Notes: a model not told the origin generated them from the letters alone. Counted from the first letter of the stretch, positions 12,940-28,408 are shown. The stretch is 64,000 bases of DNA from Octopus sinensis (GCF_006345805.1 NC_043025.1:3534001-3598000); one strand, 5' to 3'. Made by a program: numbers and translations.

Positions 12940-13711
12940 ACATTTGAACATTAGTAAATTAGGGTTCTTAAGTTGGATGACCCCACTGCAATTGTTTGGA
13001 AAATGTGGATTTAGTGTCAAAAAGGAAAGAAGGATGTAGAAATAGAACGAAGGGAAACTGTTCTTCAGCTGCATATAGATGAGAGATTACTAAACAAGGA
13101 TTGAGTGACGAAGAACACTTTAGTTGTGGAGTGGTCAAATTAGAGGAAGCGTATAGATTCACACGCAGCCGGTTCTAAAGTGTGTTTCAGGATATTAGGA
13201 ATGAATTATGAGATAAAGTTTTGGAAAACGCAATTCAATGACTCAAACAATTGAAAAGAACATAGATATGTGACTGTATAAACGTATATGTCTGAATGTA
13301 TGTATATACGTATGTGAGTATGAATGTGTGTATGTATGTATGTAAGTTTGTGTGCACGTATGCATGTATGCATATCTGTATTTGTATGTGTACGAATGCA
13401 TGCATGCAGGTATATATATATGTGTATTCAAAGAAGTATGTGTGTAGGTGCGTGTGTATGCATGTATGTATGTGTGTATGCACGTATGGGTGAATGTGCG
13501 TATGTAGATATTTATGTATTTATGAGTGTATGTAGGTTTGTATATACGTTTGTGTCTGTATATACAATCATTTGTGTATGTATGTGTGTATGTATGCGTT
13601 TATGTATGTGGATATGTATGTATGTGGATATGTATGTGTGTATGTATGTGAGTATGTATATGTGTATGTATATGAGTATGTGTGTACGTACTTATGTATG
13701 TATGTATGTAT

Positions 13712-14215
13712 GTGCGAGGGTGCGTCAAAAAGTAATGCCATTTTGTTTAGGACAGGTATAATTACCAACACAGGAACATGTATCATACATCAAAATGAAT
13801 CTTGGCCCCAGTGGATTACATCCCTACTCTTTAATATAGTTACCGTTCCTCTCAAAATCAATGTTCCTTCTTCGAATGAGAGTATGTATTCCTGCCCTGT
13901 AAAATTCTGTTGAATGTTCTTTGAGCCACTTCTTCACCACATTTCTTACTTCCTCGTCACTGGTATAATGTTTGCCTCTCAAACCCTCTTTTGTTGCGCC
14001 GAAGAGATGATAGTCTGAGGTGCTAAATCTGGTGAGGGTGGAGGTAATGAAGAAATGGCTCAAAGAACATTCAACCGAATTTTATGGGGCTGGGATACAT
14101 GCAGTCATTCGAAGGTGGAACATTGCTTTTGAGAAAAACGGCAACTATGTTGTAGAGTAGGGATGTGATCCACTGAGGACCACTTCCATTTTGATGTATG
14201 ATACATGTTCATGGA
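13712..14215. mobile_element. Foldback mariner derivative (two inverted 3' ends)
   Basis: CGAGGG terminus; ~165 bp inverted arms; loop encodes a TSDYHLFG..KEGLRGK remnant. Related copies at 15092-15485, 37015-37512 and 58750-59252. Confidence 0.8.
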
Positions 14216-14269
14216 CGGCCATCATGTCTGTCTGTCTGTATGTCTGTCTGTATGTATGTATGTCGCTCT

Positions 14270-14445
14270 TGAGTGCTACTGGGAACATGTAACCCAGTAC
14301 AACCTGTGACATGGTCGGGTCGTCGGCGACTAAACCGGCAACCCCACCAGGCTTGCTTGGTGACGAGGGCGTTGTTGGACACTATCCTGGATGAAAAATA
14401 AGACTCGTTAAATGGCGCACGTACTCATGAACTGTCAATTTCTTT
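14270..14445 (+). mobile_element. RTE 5'-UTR-related short repeat (copies 15535-15715 +, 58470-58655 -)
   Basis: Matches the extreme 5' region of the RTE at 63760-63900 (gagtgctactgg.aacatgtaacccagtacaacc...gcaaccccacca.gcttgcttggtga). Confidence 0.65.
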
Positions 14446-14539
14446 ACTCACCATGTATGTATGTGAGAATGTCTGTATGTATGAACGTATGAATGTATGT
14501 ATGTATGTGTGTCTATGCATGTATGTGTGTATGTGTGTA

Positions 14540-15090
14540 TTTGAAAAATCGATTTGCCCGTTAAAGAACATTTGAAATGGAGTCCAGCAGATTGGACGAA
14601 TGTGTTGTGGTCGGACGCATCAAAGTTCAACTTGTTCGGTAGTGATGGCAGGAAGTATGTAAGAAGGCGTATAGGCGAAGAATTCCATCCAAAATGCGTC
14701 CAACCTTACTTCAATTATGCACTCTGGCGGAAGTGTGATGATGTAAGCGTGTATGTCTGGAAAAGACGTCAGTTCTATAATCCGATTGGATAGTAAGTCC
14801 AATTTAGAAATATTGATTAATACTATGCTTCCATACGCCCAAAAGCATTTGGACTTTCCATCATGACAACCAACTGAATGTCACCTCGTACCAAGTCAGA
14901 AATTACATTATACCTAAGAGATTTCGGTTGATATAGTGACCAGCGTTGTCGCCCGAGCTGAAACCCATCGAAAATCCTTGGGAATGGTTGGGTAGCGATT
15001 TGAAAAGTATTAAGACAAAGAATAAGGAGAATTTTTTTAAAACATTTTTAGCCGAAAGTGGGAAAATATCTCCGCAACAGTGATAAATGA
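14540..15090 (+). mobile_element. Tc1-like transposase relic (also 12420-12650 +, 38070-38672 +, 56900-57500 -)
   Basis: HLKWSPADWTNVLWSDASKFNLFGSDGRKYVRRRIGEEFHPKC, i.e. the WSDESKF Tc1 motif. Confidence 0.88.
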
Positions 15091-16089
15091 TCCCTACTCT
15101 TTAATATAGTTACCGTTCCTCTCAAAATCAATGTTCCTTCTTCGAATGAGAGTATGTATTCCTGCCCTGTAAAATTCTGTTGAATGTTCTTTGAGCCACT
15201 TCTTCACCACATTTCTAACTTCCTCGTCACTGGTATAATGTTTGCCTCTCAAACTCTCTTTTGTTGCGCCGAAGAGATTATAGTCTGAGGTGCTAAATCT
15301 GGTGAGGGTGGAGGTATTGAAGAAATGGCTCCAAGAACAGTCAACCGAAATTCACGGGGCGGGGATACATGCAGTCATTCGAAGGTGGAACATTGCTTCT
15401 GAGAGAAACGGCAACTATGTTGTGGAGTAGGGATGTGATCCACTGAGAACCAGCTTCATTTTGATGTATGATACATGTTCATATACGGCCATCATGTCTG
15501 TCTGTCTGTCTGTATGTATGTTTGTATGTATGTCGCTCTTGAGTGCTACTGGGAACAAGTAACCCAGTACATCCTGTTTCATGATCGGGTCGTCGGCGAC
15601 TAAACCGGCAACCCCACCAGGCTTGCTTGGTGATGAGAGTGTTGTTGGACACTCTGCTGGATGAAAAATAAGACTCGTGAAACGGCACAGGTAGTCCTGA
15701 ACTGTCAATTTCTTTAAGTGTCAATTTCTATATATATATATATATATATATATGAATGACATTTGAACATTAGTAAAGTAGGGTTCTTAATTTCGATGCA
15801 ATTGTTTGGAAAATGTGGATGTAGTGTCAAAAAGGAAAGAAGGATGTAGAAAGAAAACAAAGGGAAACTGTTCTTCAGCTTTATATAGATGGGAGATTAC
15901 AAAACGAGTATTGAGCAACGAAGAACACTTGAGTTGTGGAGTGGTCAAATTAGAGGAAGCGTATAGATTCACACGCAGCCGGTTCTAAAGTGTGTTTGAG
16001 GATATTAGGAATGAATTATGAGATAAAGTTTTGGAAAACGCAATTCAATGACTCAAACAATTGAAAAGAACATATATATGTGACTGTAT

Positions 16090-16110
16090 AAACATGTATG
16101 AGTTTATGTA

Positions 16111-16177
<67 letters not shown>

Positions 16178-18170
16178 TATATATATGCATGCATGTATAT
16201 ATGTATGTGTGTTGGTGTCTAAGTATACTTGTATGTTTGTGTGTATGAACCTATATGTGTATGGATTTACGTGTGTAGGTGTGTGTGTAAGTATGTACTG
16301 TATGCATGTATGTATACATATACGTATGTGTGTATGTGTGTTTCTATGTGTGTATGTACGTACGTATGCATGCATGTATGTGCGTGTACAGATGTATGTA
16401 GTTATGTAAGTATGTATATGTGTATATGTACATATTTCATGTGCGTATGTATATAGGCATAGATGCATACTTGCATGCAGGTGCCTGTAAATGTGGGCAC
16501 ATATGTATGCATCTATGAGCATATGTATGTGTGTATGTATGTATGCATGTATGTACATGTATATGTGTGTACGTATGTATGTATATATGTATGATTGTGT
16601 TTATGCATGCATGTTTATATGTATGGTTTTATGTATGTGTCTATGTATCTGCGTACGTATGTATGTGTGTATATATTTATGTATGTATGCATGTATGTAT
16701 GTACTTATGTGTGTATATATGTATATGCGTGTGTATGAATGTATGTATGTGTGCAGCATGAATATGTGTACGTAAGTGTGTATGTATGTGTGTATGATGT
16801 GTATGTGTATGTATGTCAGTGTGTATATGTGTATTTAAGTAAGTTTGTATGTGTGTATTTGAGTGTTCGTATATATATATGTGTGTATGTGTATATATGT
16901 GCGTATTTATTTGTATGTGTATGTAAGTACATGTGTATGTATATATGTGTGCATGCGTGTATGTGTGTGTGCATGTATGTTATGTGTGGAAGTTCACAGG
17001 TTTGTCTGTCTGCATACATGTGTACGCATAAATACATACATACATACACACATACATATATACACACATACACATACATATATAAATACATAAATATATT
17101 CATACATACATACTTAAATATCTACAAAGATACAAAAGCGCATACATACATCCGCACGCACATATATATAAATGTGGATATGTATGTATATATGTATGTA
17201 TATATGAATGTATGCGTATATGTTTGTGTGTATGTGCGTGTGTATGTGTGTTTTTATGTATCTGATTAAGTATGGAAGAATGTATGTGTGTGTGTATGTA
17301 TTTACGTATATGCATTTATAAGTCTGTATGAATGTATGTATGTGCTTATTTTGTATGCATGTTTGTGCGTATGAGTGTATGTGTATATTAATGTATGTAT
17401 GCATATTATATGTACGTGTATATGTATATACCTATATATGGGTATGTGTATGAACGTGTGTATGTATGTATGAATATGTGTATGTTTGTATGTGTGTATG
17501 TATGTGTTCATGTATATATGTATGTATGTGTGTATGCATGTATTTATATAAGCATGTGTGTGTGTTTATATGGCCATACTCGATGACGAGGGGGCAGCCA
17601 TCATGTATGTATGCGCGTATGCTTGTGGGTATGTATGAGTGTCTGTACATACATACACACATGCATAGATACACGCATACATTTATACATACGTACACGT
17701 ACATACATATGTAAATAAACAAATACATACATACATGTATATATGCATGTATATATGTGTGTATGTATATCATTATATGTATGTATTTATATCCGTGCGT
17801 GTGTATATATTTGTTGGCATGTATGTCCCTGTTCATGTATGTGTGTATGTATGTACGTATTTATGTATGCATGTGTGTGTATATATGTATGTATATATGA
17901 ATGAAGGTGTGAATGTGTGTTTCTGTGTATATATATGTGTATGAATGTGTGTATGTATCTATGCCTGTATGTATGGAGGTATGCTTGCATGTATGTATGC
18001 ACACATGCATACATACCTCCACACAAACGTACACACTTACATACATACACACATACATACACACTCATACACACATAGAGGCAATAACACATCCACACAT
18101 ACATGCACACATGCATGAATGTATGTACGTTTATATGTATGTATGTATGTATGTATGTGTGTATGTGTGC
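16090..18170. repeat. Long cryptic (TATG/TGTG/TA) microsatellite block; inverted paralogue at 53700-56300
   Basis: Visible; idiosyncratic interruptions are shared with the inverted copy. Confidence 0.85.
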
Positions 18171-18239
18171 AAAGCTGTTTGAAGCATTTCTGGATGCCCA
18201 AAATACTGACCGTGTGATTTTATTGCTTTTTGTTGACCA

Positions 18240-21200
18240 GATATGCTCGGACAGGAGAGATGTGTGTGCAGTAGGTGTTCGACATAAACCCACCGGTCAG
18301 CAATACTTGGGCACTGGAGTAGGGCGTACAGAACAGTTTCATCTTTCTGGGCGCACCTCGCATGGGCCCGGCTGATGGCATTTCCGTGCCTATAAATTTT
18401 ATCCCAAACAGACAGCTCCCCTCGGTAGCACTGTCAGGCAAGGGATTTCTTGAAGTTATCCATAGGCTCAGGCCTGAAAGTGCTGCGAAACAGATCGGTT
18501 AGTTGATCTTCATCGACACCCAGAGTTTCCCTGAGAACGTCGTCGCACTTTCCCTTCACTAGCCCACTTTAGAACATTAGAGTGGAAGTATCACCGACCG
18601 CATTGCCCCCTCCTGGTGGAGGACTGCCAAGCGCCCTTCTTCGGTCTACGACCAGTCCAGGATTGCCGCTCAGTCAAAAAGACGAGCTGTGGAAAAGTGC
18701 CTCTTACAAACGGTGATCACACCTGCTCACCGTCAAGGAAAGGCTGGAGATGACGCAACCTCAGCGCACGTCTGCGCATCAGTAACCAGGGCATGCCCAG
18801 TCCTCCACTCAGCAGCTATTGACAGCAGATAGAGCACCTGACCAGTGGAACGTGCATCTGCCACATAAAACGGACGAGTAAGCGCACAAGCTTGGTCAAC
18901 CAGGAAACAGGACAAGGGACGACAGTCAAGCGGTAGAAGATGACAGGTGCCATGAACGCGTTCGTCACTCCGCTCAATCTTTCAGGGACAGCTTCCACTT
19001 GGTCTATTTCTGGGTGAGATTGGCTACCCTTCTCGTCACTTCTTCCCAGTTCTTCTCCACTTGGACGTCCGGACCAAACCAGACTCCGAGCAACTTGTTG
19101 AGACTGTCTGTCCAGCGCAGCACGACGCTGTTGGACCGCATGGCCTTGCCTCTCCATGTGCCGAGCTGCAAGCCCGCTGACTTTTCCGGGTTAATTTTTG
19201 CTCCTGTTATCGCTTCATATTCCTGTAGTGTTTCGAATGTCAGGTCTATATGCCTGTGGCTCGACACTACGACGGTGACATCATCAGCGTAAGCAGATGC
19301 ATTTCTCTCGCATACTAGATCACACGGGACACCCCTCAACGCCCCCAGCTTCTGCAGTAAATGGTTCAAGAGTCAGTACATACAGAAGGGAGGAGAGAGA
19401 GAGAGAGAGCAGCCTTGACGGACCGAACGCAGACCGGTGACCATTCACACGAACAACCGAGCAGATGCAGCTGTACAAAGCAGCTTTCCAACCGGAAAAA
19501 ATATGGACCGAAACCAGCTGCCTTGAGGACAGTAGCCAATTATTGATCGTCGACCCTATCAAAGGCTTTAGATTCATCTAATTTTTTTTTTGGGGGGGGG
19601 ACCAGGAGGAGCTAGTGAGATTATCGAGCCTTGCTTCGGTTGCGACATAAATAATATGAATTTGTCTTACCCTGCCAACATCGTTACCCACCTTCTCTTT
19701 GATGTAGCGCATAAGATGGAGGTTATCGTGAATGGTGACGGGACTATTGGGACACGTCAGTTGCGATGCCTGTCCTAAGCGCCTCATCTAACTTTCTAAC
19801 TAAATCTCCTTCTCTTCTGTTTCTCTCAACTGCTAATGCCTTGCTAAACCTAATGGATTCTACACTAATTGCCCTTTTAAGAGCAAATCACTAGTTGTTG
19901 TTGACGATTGCACCCGTCAACGCCCGCTTAACTAATTCGTTTATGAGGTCTCTGTAACCTTGACACGATCTAGATGATCCGATCCGGTTTGTCCAAGTCC
20001 ACATTGGCCCATTTGGGTAATCTAGTCGGTACCTGTCAGACCATTGAAAACGTGTGAGAGGTTTTTGAGGTTTTTGCACCCCCTCTCCTATCAGATACTT
20101 CCACGCAATCGAAAAGTCCATTTAAGACAGAGTTCCAGTCCCCTACTAATACTAAAGTCCGAGACGTTCCCAGGAAGATCTCGAAACGCTTGAAGTAATG
20201 AGACCGCCCTTCCCCTGTTGAAGCATAGGCAGCGACTTGTCTGAAAGCACCATCGTCACAGCTGTTCACATAAAGGACCACCAACTTACCTTCTGGATCC
20301 AGGAAAACTGCCTTTATTTTCAAATATACACCCTTCTTGAAGAGCACCACAGAACCACCACCGTCCCTTTTCGACCGACACGGAGATAGAAAAATCTCGT
20401 ATCCACCGAAAAAGGTGATGAGGTCCCGTGGGTCGGATAGACTGGATTCACTAATGAATGCAACATCTACACTAAGGAACCTCAGGTCATTTGAAAGGTG
20501 ACTCTGTTTCCATGCCACCCGAGGCCCCTGACATTTATATGACCTATTCTAAGCATCACCTTGGTAGAATAAATTTAGAATGGAGAAGAGCTCTACTTAC
20601 CACTGTTGTCTAGCAGGGGTGACCCCTTGGTCCTTCTTGCAGGCGTTTCCACGAGATTTTCATATAGTCTCTCAGAGAATGTTTTTTGGAATGACCCAAC
20701 AGCATTTGGAAAATTAATTTTTAATGTGTTGTAGGAGTCCTGTGTTACTTTCAGAAATTTGTATGTGTGGTGATGGTGCATTGTGTGTTGGGAAGACAAA
20801 GTCTTCCATTGTGGTGTCTGTGTTTTCTCTAATGTATTCGACAAGGTGTGTATTGTGGGTGTTGATGGCTGTGAGGTTGGTGGTGTTTGTGCAGTCTGTT
20901 TGTGTTGTGCAGTGTGTTTTGTAGTTTGTGGTTGTTGTGCTGGGGATAGTGCTGTTGTCGGTGGCTGTGTGTGCGTGTTGCTGCTGTTGGGGAGTTTCTC
21001 CTGTTTGCACCTCCCCCTCTTTTCTTCTACTATCTTTTTCTTTTCTAGGGGGAACTGTTTGCCACTCACCCCTCTGGCTCTTGCTTTTGCTGCGGTTCAT
21101 TTGTTGCTGCCGCTACTGCTACAGTAGTTGGTGGTGGTGTTACTGCTACTGGCGGTAGTGGTACTCCGACGAGTATTTATTTTCGTTGTTGGTGTTGGTG

Positions 21201-22480
21201 ATGGTGATGGTGGTGCCCTGGCGACGGTTGGAGGTGGCGTCGCTGTTGCTGTTGCTGGTGGTGATGGGATTGGTTTCTGCTGCTGCTGCTGCGCTGCTGC
21301 TGCTGCACTGGAGGTGCCACCGTTTTTACTGTCGCTTGTAGCTTCCGTCGCATCTCTTTGTATTTGGGGCAGTCGACCTTGAGGTGCTGATCATTTTCAC
21401 AAAAGTAGCACCTCGGCCTCCTGCCCTCCACGGCCACGATTAGCCTCGTGCCGTCTGCTAAATTTATAGAACCAAGGATAGAATTTAGGGCTCCTTGTTC
21501 AATTTGAACGAGGAGTTCCAATCAATGGCCCGTCCAATTTTGTTGGTGCAATTTATGAACCTCCAGTATTGTGGCGGTATCCTCTATATCAAAGAGGACA
21601 GTCGGTACAAGTCAGCATATATTCATTTCGGGGCCACCTCCCTAATTTTTACCTTTGTAACCTGCCGACTTAACAATGTCGGTACGAGCAGGAGTTCTTC
21701 AGTTTATAAATGTCACAGTGACATGCTGCTTTGCTTCTTCTTCTGTTGCAAAACTCACTTCTACAGTGCCGAAGCGTCTTCCACGCCTCACATATGTTTT
21801 CCGCTTCCATTCTGGTTTTAATGCTATTTCCAATGGCTGTTGAGTTGCTCGTTTCACTCTTTTTTCAAAAAATATTTAATATTCTGTAGATCACCGTTTT
21901 TTTCTGCGTTTCTTTTATCAATTTTCGTGGTGTGTTAAGTAAGGGATTATGCCCCTCCTTCCTAAACAGCCCCTTTACATTTCTTAAGTGATCGATAGTT
22001 AACTGAATTCCTAGCCTGGTTTGTTTGCCGCCGAGGCGAAATCGTTGCCGCTTGGTTTGTCGTTGTTGTTCCTGTTTGATTTTTCATTTTTGTCAGTGTT
22101 CATGACGGTGTTGGTGGTGCTTTTTTCTTCTTTTCCCCTGTTAATGGTAGTGTTGGTGCTGTTAGTGGTGTTGGTACCTGTGCTGTTCAGAGGGGGTGAA
22201 ATCTTCGCAGTGCTGGCCATCAGAACAGCCGCTGTCACTCCCCTCGACAGAGGAAACCATCTTGTTCTTCGTTTGACGAAAAGCAAAAAAAAAATATATT
22301 TTTGATTGAGAAACAGTCCAAAATTCGATCCTAAAAGGAAGAACTTTTAACAAAAGAACCCCTTCTACACAGCAAAAAGGGTTCACAAAACAAAAACAAA
22401 CAAAACGGTCAAAAACCTTCAAAAAGCCACAACAAAATCCCAACTTACGGAGCGCTCTAAACAACAGCAATAACAACGAC
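18240..22480 (-). mobile_element. Tx1/L1-clade LINE relic: ORF1 with CCHC knuckle, APE and RT fragments
   Basis: CYFCENDQHLKVDC (CX2CX4HX4C); APE motifs DPEGKLVV...LVLVGDWNSVL; RT motifs LYVLTLEP and AYADDV; multiple stops and deletions. Confidence 0.88.
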
Positions 22481-22498
22481 AATAAAAAAAAAAAAAAA

Positions 22499-22550
<52 letters not shown>

Positions 22551-22559
22551 TAATATGGG

Positions 22560-23930
<1,371 letters not shown>

Positions 23931-25289
23931 CTGTTGCAATGCGACGTATGACTCATAGCTTTTGATTTTAACTGACTGAAAGTGTTACCATGTACATGTT
24001 TTATCTGATTGTAAAAAGGAGCAACGACAGAAATTCTGCTCAATGCCACAGATTTGCCTGTCAGTTGGCCACTAACGAAGATAGAGCTCGTGTTGTACTT
24101 GGGATATCTCGTGTACCATTTTAAACACTTTTCGGGGGAAAATCTTGTTGAAAATCACTCTCATTCATCTGCTAATGGCAGAATAATTTAGTGCAAGATG
24201 TCATTTAACAGGTTGGTGGTTCGTCTTGATAGTAATGTCGGCATTGTATTAAACTGAATGATGTCGGGGAGATCTATAAACATTAACACCCACATAATGT
24301 TGTGGTATATTACGATAATGTTTGTTGATGTGGATTTCGGATCTAATGAATGCTGATCAGTTGAGCATTTGCGCTGTCATCTCCACCATAAGCATTCGGG
24401 ACAAAGATATACGTTGTCGCTCAGCATGTTAAGTAATAATAACCAGCTTCCACCATCTCACAAACCATCCACTTAATTAATGACAGAACACAACAAGCAA
24501 AGTAGTACAAGTAAATCGACGAGATGACCACGACTGGAACATCTCTGACCATTGCTTTACTCAATCAGCAAACATTGACAAGCGACGAGAATATGCTTTG
24601 TGCGCACTCGATCGAACACCTGGAAATAGCTGCCAAATCTCCCTCAAATCACAAACCCCTATTTTAAATGGCAAATAACATAGTGAATAATGCTGGAATA
24701 AAACATTGGATGGCTACAGTTAGAACGCCTTTGTTCATAGAAATGAGCAAAAACGACAACAACAACAACACTATTTCTAAAAGAAAAACAAACATGTGTC
24801 TAATATTGGCCTGGTTTTAGTATTTTGTATAACGCCATGTCATCAGTGAACAACAAACATCAATTAGAAGCGAGTCTGAAACCTTTCAATGGCACACGGG
24901 GACAATTCTTCGGGCCTGCATTTTAGAAACTAGAGAGACGAGGTGATGTCCTGGGGAAATTATTGCCAACCCAATATACAATGGAATCACTGGGTTTTGT
25001 TTTAGGGAAGCGCTATGAAGATAAAAATTGCTATTTGTATGTTAACAGGCGTATTATAGGATCTTGGGTAATATAATTAATGTGGAGGGGAGATTGCCCC
25101 GTGGTGAAGGGTTTTGCACTCACGATAAAGGAATCGTGGGTGCGCTGTGTTGTTGAGAAAAACCTTTCATCACATCCATGTTGCTCTGCGATCACTTCGG
25201 CACCTGACTTATGGTACCCGATAAATCTGTGTAGGTAAGGTGGATTCGATGATGAGGGTGAGATAATGTGCAACACAACAAGTCTCATA

Positions 25290-27970
25290 TTGGCGAGGAA
25301 CCCAATATTTTAATCCATTGGAAATCTATTCATAGATGTGATACCTATCACCGAGACTTGGCTGACTCCAGCAGTAAAGGACTCAGAAATCCACCTACAG
25401 GGCTACGCCCTCTTCAGATGTGACAGAGAAAAAAGGCGAGGTGGAGGTGTTGCTGTGTATGTTAAATCTGATCTCAAACCGTCCCGCAGTATTCTACCCA
25501 CTAATGCTCAACCCACAACAAAATTCGATGCCGTCTATTGCAAGCTGAGCTTATCCGGGTTTTGCCTGCCCGTGTTAGCTGTCTACAGGCCGCCTCTTGC
25601 CGACCCCCAAGACGACGCTAATTTACTCGAAGCGATAAGATTTGTGTCAGCTTCTCATGACTGTTTGATATTAGGAGACTTCAATGCTCCCACGATCGAT
25701 TGGCCCGCATCAATTTGTACATCATCTTCCCGGTTCGGCCAGGCCCTTCTTGACGTGGCTGAAGATTGTTTTCTATCACAACATGTTGAATATCCGACAA
25801 GGCATCGGTCTGGGCAGCTGCCATCTATGCTGGATCTGGTATTCTCCCGCTATCCAAGATCAGTGTCAGATGTATCTGTGTGCGCCCCTCTTGCCAAGAG
25901 TGGTCATGCGGTTCTGAAGTTCGTCATGCACACAACTTTTTCTACGCCCACGACTACTTCGCTGCCACGTAGAGTCTTCTCTGCAATTTATCTTGAAATT
26001 CTAACCGAGGCTTCCGCGCTTCTGGACTGGCGATCCCTGGTGGCGTTGTCCTCAGATGACGAACAATGGTCATCCCTCGAATCATATGTAATCTGGTTGA
26101 CTGACCAGGCAGTTCCCGTTGGGCTTCCCAAGAAAAAGAAACACAAGCATTGGGTGACGAAGAAGGTTAAACGAGAACTTCGAGATATTGCTTGGGCTGA
26201 ATTCAAAAATCTAGATTCGACTGCAGCTTTAGAGGTGTACAAAACTCATCGAGACCGAGCCGTGAAAATTGAAAAGGAAGAACGCTTCAGATATGAATAC
26301 AAGATCAGGGCAAACGCCAGTAGCAATCCAAAAAACTTCTTTGCCCATGTTCAACTATTTTCAAACAAGATGATGGTCGTGAACTCCCTCCATTTGATAG
26401 ATCGGTACCTCCAATGCTACGATTGGTCACCACGCGGGACGAAGTCGAACGCGTTATTCAAGGCCTCGACGTCAACAAGGGTCACGGCCCTGACGGCATA
26501 CACCCACATGTTATCAAAGCGTTGGCTCCAGTCATCTGCGAGCCCTTAACACGTCTATTTAATATCTCATAGGCGACGGGTGTTATACCTGCGGACTGGA
26601 GAACAGCGATAAACTGCCCAATTTTCAAGAAAGAGAGCCGCAAAGACCCGCTTAACTACCGATCGGTTTCCCCTACATCATTAATCAGCAAGATGTTCGA
26701 AACCATCCTTAAGAAAAGTATGATGCTCCACCTCCAAAATACAGCCTCTATCTATGATTCCCAACACGGCTTTGTGCCGAAGAGATCATGCTTGACCAAC
26801 TTACTGGTAATAGAAGAATTGGTGACGCGCATCCTCGATGATAGTGATGCTGTTGACATCGTTTTATTGGACTTTGCCAAAGCTTTTGACTCGGTAAACC
26901 ACCGCCTATTACTTGTCAAGCTTCAAGCATATAGTTTCCATCCGGATATTGTACGATGGGTTGGTGCCTTCCTCTCAGATCGCTCCTTCCAAGTCCAAGT
27001 TAATGGTTCGCGGTCCGACGTCTCCAGTGTGAGTAGTGGCGTGCCTCAAGGTTTAGTGCTTGGGCCCTTATTGTTCTGAGTCTTCATAAATGACTTGCCC
27101 GACGACCTCACGCAACGCACCCTTCTATTTGCCGACGATGTCAAACTGGTCGCTCCTCGCGGTGATATAGAGGATCTTCGTCGATGCCTCCACCAAATCT
27201 GGAGGTGGTCTGACAAATGGGACCTGTGTCTAAACGTGTCAAAGTGCTCTCATCTGCCTGTTGGCTCTCCTCCTGCAACTCAACTTGATTTCGAGCCGGG
27301 TCGTCTGCAGCTGGAGAGGACCGATCAGGTAAAGGACCTGGGTATGTTGGTGGATTGCTCCTTTTCGCCTTCGGCCCAGTGCGTCCATGCTGCCAACAAA
27401 GCACGCGGAATTCTGTTCTTGATTCGACGGTCATTCGGAACGCTCACAGCAGCCATATTCCTACCGCTCTATGTCACGCTGGTGAGACCCATATTGGATT
27501 ACGGGATTCAAGCCTCTTCTCCTTATCTCCTCAAAGACATACAGCACCTCGAAAGAGTCCAAAAGCTGGCTACCCGCATGGGTCTTGGTCTCAAGGATTT
27601 GTCTTATGAAGAAAGGCTGAAGACGCTCGACCTTTATTCTCTAGAAAAACGACGACGCCATGGAGATCTCATTCTTGCACATAAGCGGAAAGTGTAACCT
27701 ATCGAAAGAGCTGTTCTTCACTCCTGCTCCAGAGCGTCGGCTGCGGGGTCATTCCGAAAAGCTCTATCTGCGACGATTTCATCTCAGTCGAAGGAGAGGG
27801 GCTTTCTCCGTCCGGGTTGCGGATCCGTGGAATAAGCTGCCGGACGAGATGGTGAAGATGCCGATGACAGCTCTTTACATGAACACCACCCTGTACATAA
27901 CTCCATGTCCCCCTACATGGCCTTGCTTTTTGCTTTTTGAGCCAAAAAATTAACTAACTAACTAACTAAC
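25290..27970 (+). mobile_element. CR1-clade LINE ORF2 (APE + RT), defective, with (TAAC)n tail
   Basis: ITETWL, GGGVA.YV, ILGDFNAP, QHGF..KRSCLTNLL, LDFAKAFDSV.H, SGVPQG.VLGP, LFADDVKL, LERVQ..ATR. Confidence 0.93.
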
Positions 27971-28408
27971 ATACCAACTTCCTTTTGCAGACAATGCTTT
28001 GTTAATATACATAATGAAGATGACTCAATGTTAAAGAAGGATCGCTCATAACATACAACAACAGGAAATACTGTGACTGGCGTTTTAAAAATAAAGCACT
28101 TAACGATTAATAACAATTGTCCAATTTATTCGATATGCATATGCAGTTTTAGACACACTTATATAAGGCAACTGAATAGGCGTAATCAGTTGTTAAAAGA
28201 TCGGGAAGCGAGTTGATTGCTGGAGCCGATATATCAGAGGTAAAACAAATTTTATTACTTTTAAGATTTAACATTTATAGATACACACACACATATATTT
28301 GGTTAATTAATCTCTCTCACCGCCTCTCTTTCTCTGTCTCTCTATCTGTCTACCTACACATAAATACATACATATACGCATATAGAACTGTACATACGTG
28401 TATGTATG

